Positions 46,701-58,300 of a stretch of 64,000 nt of DNA are shown here, piece by piece. The notes under the pieces are model-generated. The model worked only from the letters and a program-made list of their open reading frames with translations. It searched no databases and had not been told where the DNA came from. The position numbers and the translations under genes are program-made. Position 1 is the first letter of the stretch. Each line of letters starts with the position of its first letter. Source of the stretch: Lama glama (taxonomy: Eukaryota); assembly GCA_028534125.1 (NCBI GenBank), contig CM052816.1:101866001-101930000 (forward strand). Direction: 5' to 3'.

Positions 46701-47680
46701 ATGTCGCCCTGTCTGGGGCTGAGGGGCTTGAGCAGGTGCATTGGTCACCCGCCCCCTGTGCCGCCCTCCTTCCGGCCACCCCAGACTCACCCGAGCAGGT
46801 TCTGGATTTTCCCGGTCAGTGTGGAGAAGGCCACACTCAGCTCAGTGAGCTGCGTCATCCGGCTGAGCTCCCTGGCAATGGAGGTGAGCAGGGCATCCTT
46901 GCCGTCTGGGGCTGGAGTGCTGGCAGGGGGTGCGTCGAAGGCCTTGGCGGGCAGGGTGAGTGAGACCAGCCGGGGGAAGCCCACCTGGGCCAGCAGCTGC
47001 TGCACGTGGCCGGCGTGCAGCCGCACGTTGTGCACCACCTCAAGCCGGCGCAGCTCGCTAGGCCCAGCCAGACACAGCACCTGCAGCAGCTGGCTGGGGC
47101 CCAGGCTGTCCGCCCGGAAGGAGATGCAGCGCACGCGCAGTGGGGAATGGCCCGGGGGCCCCAGGGCCTGCACCACCATCTCAAAGTTACCCCCGGTGAC
47201 AAAGAGGTCAGCAAGGACCTCAACCGGGCTCCAGGCTGCATGGTGCTCCGCCTGAAGCTCGCAGCAGACCCTGGCCAGCAGTTCCGTGCGGCCCCACCTG
47301 CCCAGCGCCCTCCCACAGGGGCACTGCTGCACCTGTACGTCTCGGATGCCAGTGAGGTCCGCCAGCCGCAGCCGCCTGCGGCCCTTGCCCTGGAGCACGT
47401 GGTCCGCGAGGCCCCGCACACAGGCCTCCAGGCAGGCCCTGCAGGCCCGGTCCCGCAGGTCCCTGGGGTGCTCTGTGCTGGGCCCCAGCAGAGCACCCAG
47501 CCGGAACTCTTCCAGCGGCCAGTGTTCCAGCAGAGCACGGACCACCTCTGGCTGCTCCAGCAGATAGCTGGCTTTGAACAGCAATGGGTAGATGTTGTGG
47601 GCCACCCCGCCCAGACTCTGCTGGACCATCTTGGGGTGGGACACCAGAGCCTCAGCAGAAATGAAGCGTAGCGACCACAT
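43148..47680 (-). CDS. LRRC14B: Leucine-rich repeat-containing protein 14B (PRAME family); exons 46791-47680 and 43148-43793, 511 aa
   Basis: MWSLRFISAEALVSHP...AHNIYPLLFKASYLLEQ...|PLRTPLRVLDLASCSL...LEVLDLSGH...LRELRFLGNPLS...EFPVPKDCYPEG; phase-2 intron GG|gtgagt...cgcag|C; syntenic position between CCDC127 and PLEKHG4B. Confidence 0.96.
43880..44165. mobile_element. MER58B-like hAT-Charlie element
   Basis: aaaagaagaatattttgtgac...atatgaaattcaagttccagtgcccataaataaagt...ttggaacacagcca matches MER58B as recalled. Confidence 0.75.
44800..45190 (+). mobile_element. MER68-like ERVL LTR
   Basis: ctgtttgcacaaacaacgtggt...ccttctggggtctggaat...gtctctaatg...ctataataaatctcagc matches MER68 as recalled. 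Confidence 0.7.
46791..47680 (-). CDS. LRRC14B: LRRC14B coding exon 1
   Basis: 890 nt from ATG in context gcacgATGT. Confidence 0.94.
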
Positions 47681-47754
47681 CGTGCCTGCCCGTGTTGGCC
47701 ACAAGCAGGACAGAGCTCTCCCCTGTGCTTCTCCAAAGACAGTCCCCTTCTGGC

Positions 47755-47908
47755 CTATTTTTAGCTGCAGCTGCTTTGAGCAGCTTGCTTGGACGGTGGT
47801 GAGCCAGCCCTCTGGTCATCTGACGGCTATTTTCATCCCGGGTGCCGGTTTGGCTCTGGCTGTGGAGGTGTCTGGTGGTGGCCGGCCTGTCCTACTGATG
47901 CTCAGCTG
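47755..47908 (-). promoter_or_regulatory. Putative muscle-type LRRC14B proximal promoter (MEF2 site plus E-boxes)
   Basis: CTATTTTTAG at 47755-47764; CAGCTG at 47768 and 47903. Confidence 0.6.
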
Positions 47909-48455
47909 GTGAAAGCGCACTTGCCCAGTGCTTGGCTGGGGAAAGGGGGCTGGGCCCCTGGGAGTGTTCCCTGTGTCTACTGTGGGGGTGGCCCATCCTG
48001 GGGGCTGCTTGCCCTCCCCTGGGCTGCGTCTGCCCCAGCCCTGGGCCATCCCACAGTTGGAGGAACTAGCGAACCTTTTCTTGGGCCCCTGGGGGCCTAG
48101 TCCCTCTTTCTGACCCACAGCTGGAGTTAGGGACATGGTAGTGGGCATGCGAGGGCACTTCTGACACCTGATTCCTGATTTCAAGAGAAGAGAAGTAATG
48201 GCCCCATGAGGTGCCTGCACGCTGCTGGGACCCCCTTCTTTTATCAGAGGGACTGAGGCTGAGGACAGTGGGCAGCGGCTTCCCCTCTGTCCTCCCCCTT
48301 AGTGCTCCCCCCTCCAGCTGAAGGGCCTCCCAGGGCCTTGTCCCCTCAAAGTCACAGGGGCCAAGCTCCCTGGGGGAGGCGTGCTGGTGACGTCCCCAAC
48401 ACAACAGAACCCAGCAAGAGAACCATGACCACGTGGCAGAAAAAACAATGTCCAG

Positions 48456-48461
48456 TTTATT
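48456..48461 (-). terminator. Probable distal PLEKHG4B polyadenylation signal AATAAA
   Basis: TTTATT on +; minus strand continues ...cattgttttttctgcc...gggttctgttgtgttggg (U/GU-rich downstream element). Confidence 0.6.
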
Positions 48462-50921
48462 TATGTTCCTGAAGTCTGAGACTGTCAGCACCGAGACTGG
48501 TGACAGGGAAAACGGTTCAGAGCCGGCAAATCCTGAAGGTGAGGACGCTGCCCATCCACCTGCTCCTGTGCTGGGTGGCTGACGTTGGGCGACGCCATTG
48601 CCCCAGGGTGGGATCTGGGGTACACCTGTGGCAGGAAGCCACTGAAGGGCTGTGTCTACCCAGACTCTCCTCTGTGTGGTGAGGGGTCCTCTTGGGGCAC
48701 CACCCACACCGACAGGACTTCCTAGCACAGGCTAGATCAGAGATTCAGGTCCAGCTACTGTGCCCCGGCCCCAGCTTGGGGTCCACCTGGGATGCAGGGT
48801 GTGGCCTCATCCCAGACTCACAGGTGGAGCCTAACTCTAGTGCCGCTAGCCACGCACGGCTTGTTAAAAAGGAAACAAGACCGAGATTCCAATTACACTC
48901 AGGAAAGCAGCCCCTGCATCTGGGACACACCTCGTAGGGGCTGCACCTGGGGACCATCGACATGGTCTGAGCTGCCCGGAGGGCAGGGGAAACATGATTC
49001 CAGAGGCCCCCTGCTCTGAGACGCCCCCCCCCCCGTGGGCCTCTGCTCCGGAGGTGGGGGTCCCTGTGCTCCTGCCCTGGCCTCCCGCTGCTTAGGAGTA
49101 TTCAGGGCGTCCTGGGGCATCTGTGCAGGCAGGATGGGGGAGGCCCATGACATGATGCCCAGGCCTCAGGGGGCATGCTGACCGGTGGCCCCATGACTGC
49201 AGAAGGGGGTGGTCAGGAGCCCCAGCTTTAGTGTCTCATTCCCAGACCTTGTGACCTCATGCACATGTCCAGGTTGAGGTTCCTTTGCTCTGCAAGGGGT
49301 TCTCCCTGGAGGGGCTGCTTCTCATCCAGACCCATCACAGCTGCCAAAAGAAGGACCACTGTTACCAATGTCCCCTCCTCCCACCTGGCCCCTTGACCTC
49401 CTTCCCTGAGGCGTGCTCAGATTCGGGGACATGCATCCTTTTGAAGAAGCAGCTGGGGCCAGGCAAGGACGGGACAGGGCTCCAGACCCAGACGCATTCT
49501 CTGCAAGGCTGACACTCGCAGGTCTGGGCAATGGAGTGAGCGGTGGGGCTGTAGCAGCCAGCCAGCCAGCATCACCGGGCATCTGAGTTCAAGGGGAAAG
49601 GATCTGGCCCTGAAAAGTGTCAGTTCAGTGTTTGCTGCTCTGACCCCAGAACATGTGTGTGTCTGTCCACGTGTCACGAGCAGCAGATTGTGTGAACAGA
49701 AGCACTTAGACGACTTTATATGTGGTTTGTGGGAAACAGTCTATTTTAGTTACTGGTAGACCTGTGATTAGCTCCGGACCTATGTGTGCAGCTGAAGGCC
49801 CTCAGTGCAGCCGGCTGTGGCAGGAGGAGGGGCTGTGGGGACAGGTGGACTGGGGCTGTAGGGGGCAGGCAGGTGTGAATGGGTGTCAGGGAGACCCCTA
49901 CTTTCAGAGGGAGAGGTGCTGAGGGCCCAAGGAGCCACCCCTGGAGGCTGGGGTGGGTGGAGGTGGGCTCTGCTGGCCCCCTCACTGGGCCTCTGTGGAC
50001 CTGACCCCTTGCTGTTGGAGAAATGCCTAAGCTGTCAGAACTCACCCATGCTGCCCCTCGCGGCTACGCCAGCTCCAGGGTGTTTAGGCAGCAAGACTCC
50101 AGGGGAAGTGAGTCAGGGGTTGGGGAGCAGCCCATGAGGGGTTTTGTTCTGGCAGAGGGCAAGGAGGTCACCAGTCACTGTGAGGAACCTGTTCTCTGGA
50201 CTGTGGCTCAGCACACACTCAGAATTGGACCTTCTCTCCTGGTGCTGCCGACGACAGGGCTGGGGAACGTGCTTGCAGAGAACTGAACCAGCGGCCGGGC
50301 CCGGGTGATGAAAGGTCTTTGAAAGAGGTGATGTGTGCTTTCCTGTCTGGTTGTCCCCTCAGTCTCTCCCTTTCAGGGTCTGAGGTCTCTGTGCGCATCC
50401 AGGGTGTCTGGGGTCTCCCGTGCTCTCTGCACCAGGCTGGGGCAGATGTCAGGCCCTCCTGACACCCCCACACCTGCATCAGCACGGGAGATACTGTGAC
50501 TTGCCCAGGATGCGATCCTGTCAGAGGGCGGGGCTGGAGGTGAGCCCCTGACCCTGGCCCATCTGGGGCTGGCTTCACAAACCTCCTTGGCCAACTGCAA
50601 GTCCTCCCTCACCCAGGACTGTGGGGGCTTGAGCAAGGCTTGGAGTGGGCCTGGCTGAGCCTGGAACCAGCATGTGCTGGACAGCACGAGTGCAGCCTGT
50701 GTGGTGGGTGGAATCCAGGTGCCCAGGAGGCCTGCAAATCTCTAAGTAACTCGGAATTGGGGATAGAGCCAGTGGGCGCTGGAGTGTGGGGCCGATTCAC
50801 AAACAGGGTGGTCCATGAGGGGTGGTCTGTGTGGTCACGGGCACCCCAGCATCACTTGGGCAGGCACTGACCCCCAAAGCACCTGGGCCTCTCATGTGGG
50901 GGCTTGGAGGAGGGTACTCAC

Positions 50922-51088
50922 CATGGTGATGAACTGGCCCCCGTCGCGCTGCGGCTGTGAGCCCCTCCTGGGAAGGGCCAGGCGAGCATCCTCGTCAGAG
51001 AACAGCTCTGTGGGGTGCTGGGACGGCCGGTGGAGGCCAGGGCCGCCGTCCCCCGACGTGCAGTGTGAAGGCTCAAAGCTCTCAGTCT
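50922..51088 (-). CDS. PLEKHG4B: Candidate additional 3' coding exon of PLEKHG4B
   Basis: ctctttgcag|AG acceptor, 167 nt open in the phase required by the donor at 52143, ATG|gtgagt donor; CpG-rich. Confidence 0.65.
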
Positions 51089-52075
51089 CTGCAAAGAGGG
51101 GCCCAGTGAGGACTGTCCTCCAGCCTCACGGTGCCCCACCACCACCTGGCCGGCACTCGGACCCTGAGCCTTGTGAAGGGAGGACGAGACAGTGCAGATT
51201 CACAGCCGGTCAGAGCAGGAGGGACGGCACCACTAGAGGTCAGACAACATGATGCTCTTGGACAAGAGGGTCCTGACAGCTTTTCGGAAATCAGGAGGCC
51301 AGGGAAGGCTGGCAGGGAGGTGCTCAGGCCGAGCTCTCCGCCAGCAGAAGTCTCAGACTTGGCACCAAGTGCTAGTCCACGGGAGGAAAGCCAGAAGTGA
51401 GGCAAGAAGGACCACGTGGCTTCCACAGAAAGCGGGACTGGGACTGGATGGGAGGCGTGTTCCCAGGGGCCTGTCCCGTGTCACCCCAGATGGAGCCTCG
51501 GCTGCAGGGTCCAGGCCCACAGGGTTGCTCCCCACAGTGGGGCCCCAGCCTGAGCTCAGCAGCAACCTTGCAAGTGGCAGTCGGGTGGCTTCCCCACGTG
51601 CTGTGCTGGGGGTAGGAGGCCGAGCACAGACCCTTTGCCTCGTCTTACAAATGGGCTCCATGCCGGAGAGACCCCACATCCAGACTCAGGCCTGACCTGA
51701 GGCTGCCTCCTGCAGTTCAGATGGAGCCACCTGCAGCCTGAGCATGAAGGAGGCGCCCAGGAGAGTGGTCGCTCAGGGCAGGTGATGGAGCAGCTCGCCT
51801 GGGCTCCCCCAGTGGGTCTCATGCCCAGCACCAGCACCCCCGGGCACAGAGATGCCTTTGGGGTAGGTGGGGGACACCCTCAGAAATGATTTCATGGGTA
51901 GCAGTGGCACATTTGGGGCTTTGGAGGGCATTTGTTCTGTCTGTTTTTGTTTTTTTGCTTGTTTGTTATAAATCTTTTCCAGTTACCTTGTCTGGAGTGG
52001 AAGTGGAAGACCTTTTTTTTGCTTTAATAAAAGAAAATTTCCACATTGTTTGGAAACTTTTGGCAGTGTATAAAA

Positions 52076-52383
52076 TCAGGTGAAATACTGAACACGTGAG
52101 CTGGCACCCGACCCGAGCTGCTCCAGTGCACGAGGGCACTCACGCAGGGAAGGTGGGCTCCCGGAACCCTGCCCCAGCTCGTCCTCCTCGTGGATGTCCT
52201 GTGGCCAAGGGCAGTAGGCAGGGCTCAGCAGGCTTGCACGGTTTGTGCTGGCAGACGCCTGCAGGTGCAGCGGCCCCAGGGCAGAGGAGGACTGGCTGCT
52301 GGAGGAGGAGGTGCTGCTGTCCGAGATGGTGGAGTGCGGTCTCTTGAAGGAGGGCACAGCTATGCATGCTGGGGTTGGTCCCT
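52076..52383 (-). CDS. PLEKHG4B: PLEKHG4B Ser-rich tail exon (ends at stop 52076 or internal donor after 52144)
   Basis: GPTPACIAVPSFKRPHSTISDSSTSSSSSQSSS... Confidence 0.88.
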
Positions 52384-55300
52384 CTGGATGGGAACAGAAG
52401 ACAAGTCTGGCCTCTACTCTGGAGGTGCAGCCTAGATTCAAGAACAAGATGGCCACCTGGAAGACCGACCAGGTTTCTTCCCCCACGGTCACATCGGGCA
52501 CCCTGTGGCCGCCACCCATCCAGCCCGAGGTGGTGGCCACGGGGTAGACAGGGTGCAGTGAGAGGGCGACGGCTGCTGACCTGCTCCCTTTGTGGTACAA
52601 TCGATGGCCCGGTGGCTTATGGCTGCGTGGCTGGGCGTGACGTCCACGAACGGCTTGCTGCCGAGCCCCAAGGACACCGTCTCCTGCACCCTGAGTTCTG
52701 AGACAGGAGCGTGTGGGGTAGGTTTCCACGCGACTCCTTGGGTTTACTTGTACCCTGACGACGCTCTGCTCCCCGCCCTGCTCCCGGGTGTTGCTGGGAC
52801 ACTGCGCCTGCTGCACTGCCGGCCCGGCCTTTCTCAGGGAGCCCAGGGGGGTGAGCCAAGAAACTGGGTGTCCAACCGGGGAGGGAGGGGACAGTTCCCG
52901 TCTGCAGATGAAGGGAGATCTTGGAGGGGGACAGAGGCCCCCAGGCAGGGCGTGGCCACGTGAAAGACAAACTAACAAGTGTCCACGTGCCTGATACTGA
53001 GAGGAGGTGAGAGTCTGAGCGTGAGTTCATGCTTGGAAAACCAAGCAGAGAGAAACAAGACGGCAACTGTGGTTGGGGGGCTGAAGGAGAGACAGGAGCA
53101 GAGGGGATGGCAGGGTGGAGGGACTAGGCGTCCTGCTCCTCACGAGGGCTGACTGAGTCCTAGGGGGCTGAGGAGCCACTGGGTGCCCTGAGTACAGCAG
53201 CCATGTGTGTGTGTGTGCACGCGCGTGTGTCTGTACGTATGTTTGTGTATGAGCACGTGCATGTCTGTGCATGTTGGTGTGCTGAAGGAGGCAGCAGTTG
53301 AGGGTGCTGTGGGGCATCTCTGGTGACAAGTCAAGGCTCTGGCCAGGGTGGCAGGCCCTGAGGGCCAGGTGGTCGTGTTTGGATGCTAGGGTGTTAGGGT
53401 TTCTCAGGCCTTGGGGTCAAGCCTCTAGGAGCACCTGCTTGGAGGGGTCGCTATGACAGTGGTATTTGTAGCAGCCGGGCACCTGGGGGTAGACAGAGGT
53501 GCCCCAGTGATGAAGTCAAGGGGAGGAGAGGACGGGGGTGGGGGGGCCTTCCCTGCGGGGAGACCACAGGCTGGCCATCAGCGCAGCATCCAGGGGACCA
53601 GGGGGCCTTGACAACAGGGTGGGGCAGGAAACTCAACTCAGCAGGTCTGAGGGCGTCTGGGAGCCTGGGTGGGATCCTTCTCTAGCGTGTGGGGCAGGGG
53701 TCTTACTCATTGTTCTAAGAGGAAGTGTTGTGTGCTGAGGGGTGGATCCAGGCACTACCTGGTGAATGAGCTGACTGAGGGGCCCTGGGACTGCCCGTGA
53801 CCCATACCCAGACCTGCATGCAGAGAGGCCCTCCCCTCTGCCCTGCCCCACCTCTGTTCCGCAGCGCCTGCTGCCACAGGATCCTCCCTAAGACATCCGT
53901 CCAGGCGGTCTTGACCTCTGCGGAGCTCGCCTGGAGGACGTAGGTGTCCTGGGGTTTCCGCCGCCTGAGGAACCAGATCTCAAACCTCAAGCCGCTGTCC
54001 CCGACGTTCTCTGTCATCCCAATCTCCGCTGTCTGCAGCCACAAGCACCAAGGGGACCTCAGACTCTTCCCTTTGGACAACTGACTGCTTCCTGGCTGAT
54101 GTCTGACCCCACACCTCAGTGCTGGAGGTCCCGTCCCCCAGAAACCGAGCTGTTGGCTCGAGGCTGGATGACTGCACTCCTGCCCTGACCGCACAGCTCC
54201 CTCGTGGGCCTCAGTCATCCCTTCCCCAGGAAAGTTCCCTGGCTCCTCCTCTAAGGACCCCACTGACCAGCTCGGCAGGTGAGGTTTTGGGGTGGGGCCC
54301 TTCCCAGGAGACTTCGCCCCCAGGGCCCAGCAGAGGGACAGGCGGGGGCCATGCCTCCTCTGTGTTCTGTTTGCCTTCACCCAAGCCCGAAATGAAGCCA
54401 CTGGTTGAGGAGACATTTGGGATGTGCACCCGGAGCAGGGAAGGACAAATGTCCCCTTGCAGCCGCTGGAGGCCCAAGGCTCTCCGAATTCAGTGGAAGA
54501 ACCACAGAAAACAACACACACTGCTGGCACTACCTTGAAGGACTGCGTGTACAGGTACACGGCCCTGCCTCCGTCCGCCCTCCGGGTCTTGCTGAACAAG
54601 ATGAGGTCCTCAAAGAGGAACACACGCCTCAGGTGCTTCTTTCTCCCACAGCAAACGAGGAACTCGTCCTGGCACCTCAGCCGCCCCTGCTCCCTCAGGT
54701 CCACCTGCAGGTGAGCGAGCCTCCCTCAGGGAGGGTGGGACCTGACCCCAGCCCTGACCCCTGAGGAGGGCGAGGGCTTGAGCCCCCTCCCCGCTCCTCG
54801 CGCTATGCGTCTCTTCCAGCTGGCTGTTCCTGAGCCATAGCCTTTAAGATGAACTGCGACCTTGTGGTCAGTGTTTCCCTGAGTTCTGTGAGCCATGCTC
54901 GCAAATTAATTGAACCCTGGGGGGCTTGTGGGAACCCCTGGTTTACGGCCAGTCAGTCAGAAGCACAGGTCATGGCCTGACTTCAGACTGGCGTCTGGAG
55001 TGTGTGCAGGGTCGGGGGTGGTCTTGTGACTGAGCCCTTGGCCTGGGGTCTGACGCCAGCGCTGGGGAGACAGTGTCAGACTGGGCTGGTTGTAGGACAC
55101 CAGCTGTGCTGGGACGTGGGTGCTGCATCCATCCGTGGGGGCTGCGTGCACACGTCCCCACTCGCTGTGCAGAGGTTACAGCGGAAACTTCTCTTCAGTT
55201 TTACTTAACTTTCCACCTGACAGCCGCTTTGTCCACTTTAACAAAAGTCCCCTGTCGATGCTGCTGGAGTCTCACTGTGTGTTTAACGCCCAGGCGGTCC

Positions 55301-58300
55301 TTGGAGCCCGTGTGCCGGCTGTATTGGGGCGGGGGTCAGGCTGACGTCTCTCTGTGGGAAGCTTCCCGAATGACTGAGCCCAGGGGAGCAGTCTCTCCCA
55401 CATTTCCCTCCCGTGGATGGCCCTGTCCTTAGTGGCGCTGAGCCCTCCCAAATCGCTCAATCAGATCAGGCCAGCGGGTTCTGGGGGTGACCACCTGGGG
55501 CTAATCTGTGGTGTCTTGGGACTCTTAATGCTGCTTTAGCAAGCTACGAGTGTTTCCATTCCGACCAGAGAGCTCTGGGCTTGTCCCGCCTGGGAGGGAG
55601 GTCCCATGCTGGTCTTGAGCACTGGCCTCGCCCCTGCCCTCCCTGCCAGCCTCCAGAGGAGGCGAACTGGTAGGTCCAGGCCCAAAGCCTGAGGCCAAGG
55701 TCAAATTTTCAGGCATCCAGTTATTTAAAAATTGCCCAACAAGCTGAGGTACCTTGAGAGCCATCCTGTCTTCCACACCGTGTCTCCCTGGAGCCCCCTC
55801 CCCTCCCCTCCGGGTGGGGCTTTGGGGTCTTAAGCGTGGACACTCCCCCGCAGGCCTGCTCTAGCCCACTGGGGCTCGTGGCACTCACGTCGCAGCCGCG
55901 GAGGGCGTCCATGGCCAGCAGATCATTGCCGTGGCGCAGCTGGAAGCGGACCACATCCTCGGCAGCCTGCAGCTCTCCCAGCTCCTGCTCACGGGTGGGG
56001 CAGTGGCTGGCCTCCTTGACCAGGTCCTGGAGCAGCAGTGCGTACTTGCCCAGACGCTGCACTGGCTTCAGCAGGTAGGAGGCCAGGTCCATCCTGTCCC
56101 CCAGCTCCCGCTGCTTGTCCTGCAAGGGGGCAGAGGGTCAGCCTGGGCTGCACTGGGCCACGAGGCTCGCAGGCTCACGGGCAGGGGACAACCTTGAAGA
56201 AGGCGTTGCCGTGGGTGCAGAGCAGGGCGTCCGACCGTGGCTTGTTCTTGCTATAGAGTGCGTACAGGCCAAACTGCTCTTCCTGCAAAGGAGAGCGGGG
56301 TGCCTGAGCTGGCCTGGGGTCAGAACCCGAGCCCGCCCAGCCCTGCAGGTCTCTCTGCAGTCAGGAGAGGGGACCCTGCTGCATTAGACACTGCCAGCTC
56401 CCCAAGCATGGTGGGAGCTGCTGGGGTCAATGCCACAGTCCTAGAAACGGTCTTAAAGTACCGAGTGTTGGGGAAGAGGCGAGGGGGCTGCTCAGAGTGA
56501 AGGCCTGCGGATAGTCTGCAATATTCATTAACATTTAAAATTCTCAGGATTGCTGTTAACATAAAACAACATGGAAGTTGCACATTATGGCAAAAAGCTC
56601 TTAAGAAATGGCTGAAAAGACACAACGTGAGGTTTCTTTCATGCACGGGCATTTGGTCACGGTAATTCATATTTGATAACCAGCACAGACACTGCCCCAG
56701 TGCCCTGAACAGTGCTTGGTAACTACTTGTTGAAACAGCTTTCTTTTCAGAGTAAATTAAGGATTTTATTGAAGACTCAACATTCACGTTGAGAAGAGAC
56801 TTATCTCAGACTAATGCGTCCACGTGGCTCCCAGAACTGGCCAGGCAGGTCCTAGGGCCCACCTGGAGGAGAGCTGGGCGGGCTCACAGGAGGCCTGTGA
56901 CAGGGACTAGGTGGGCTTCCTACATGCAGGGAGCAAACTGGTTTTGGAATTTTCTTTTGGCCAACCAGCCTCAAGTGATGAGCAGCGGGGCTGTGGACAG
57001 ATTAGGTGTGATGATGCAGGTGCAGCCCCTGTGCCAGGGGCTCTTGACAAGGGTGCCATCCACTGATACGAGGGGTGGAGAGCCCAGAGCTGGGAGACCT
57101 ACGGACTGTGGTCTCTGCCTATCGACGGTGGTGACTGTTAGGGATGCGTCTCCCGACCTGGACGCAAGGATCCACCTGCTTGAAACGTGGGTCTCTCCCA
57201 GGAGGCGCTGGGCTGGCCTTGCGCTGCCCTCACACTGGGCCTGGGGGTACTCACGTGTCTCAGGAACCCGCGGCCCACGTCCAAGGGGCAGTGCCTGCAG
57301 CACTCCAGCTCCTGGAGGAAGTGCTGGCGGTGGAAGGTGTAGAGTTTCTCCCAGTTCCCAAAGATGACACCGCACTTCCCTCGCAGGTCCTGGGGCAGGT
57401 CGGTCCTCTCCACTTCTGGAAAGTAGTTGTCGATGACGTATCCTAAGGACCTCACGTACTCCCTCTCTGTGAAGATCATCTCGGCCACTATGTGCTGCAG
57501 TCGGCTGCTGGAAGACAGAGCCGGAGGAAATGCTCAGGCCAGCGGCTGGCGGCCTCATGAGGCTCCTGCCTCGTGAGAAACAGAAGAGGCTGAAACTCCA
57601 GAGAAATTAACAGGGTTAAATACAGCAGACATGCACAAAAAAGACTCCCATAAGGTTTCCTGTCTTTGGCAACAAATAGCTTTGAGCATGCTGCATATCT
57701 GTTACTGGAGTTGCTCCTCTGAGATGAGAAAAGACAAGAAGCAAAAAAAAAAAAATTAAAAAAGGGCGGGGAGGGTGTAGCTCAGTGGTAGAGTTGCACA
57801 CCTAGCATGCACGAGGTCCTGGTTTCAATCCCCAGCACCTCCAACAAAAAACCAAGTAAATAAACCTAATTACTGCCCCTCTGCTGCGAAAATACATAAT
57901 ACATACATACATACACAATACGTACGTACGTACGTACATACGTAATACACACAATACATACGTACATACACATGTACATACGTACACACATGCACACACA
58001 GTACATATGTACATATGTACATACATACACAATACATACGTACATACATACGTACGTACGTACATACAAGCAGTAGCATGGAGGGGTCATAGCGGGAAGA
58101 ACATTGCTGTACAAGCACTTCCACGCTGTGACCACGCTTTTCCAGGGAAAACCCTTCTGGAAACTGAGGAGGAGATTCGCAGGCTCCCTAAAGTCAACCC
58201 CAGGCCCAGCTGGTTTGACCCCTGCACCCTCTTTGGGGGTCAGCTCTGGCAAGAGGAAGATTCGCAGGCCCCCTACAGCATGCCCTCTGCCAAGAAGGCT

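Noticed and set aside
46855-47736. 293-aa alternative-frame ORF and 221-aa antisense ORF over LRRC14B exon 1
   Set aside because: No coherent domain; explained by high-GC codon usage of the real frame.
50130-50330. Possible terminal PLEKHG4B exon after acceptor ctctttcaaag near 50326
   Set aside because: One of several equally weak acceptors with no homology support; left unassigned.
52384-52978. N-terminal part of the 300-aa ORF 52076-52978
   Set aside because: Intronic or out of frame with exon 52581-52697; only 52076-52383 is supported as coding.
57768-57842. tRNA gene
   Set aside because: It has A and B boxes but a degenerate cloverleaf and a SINE body with simple-repeat tail.
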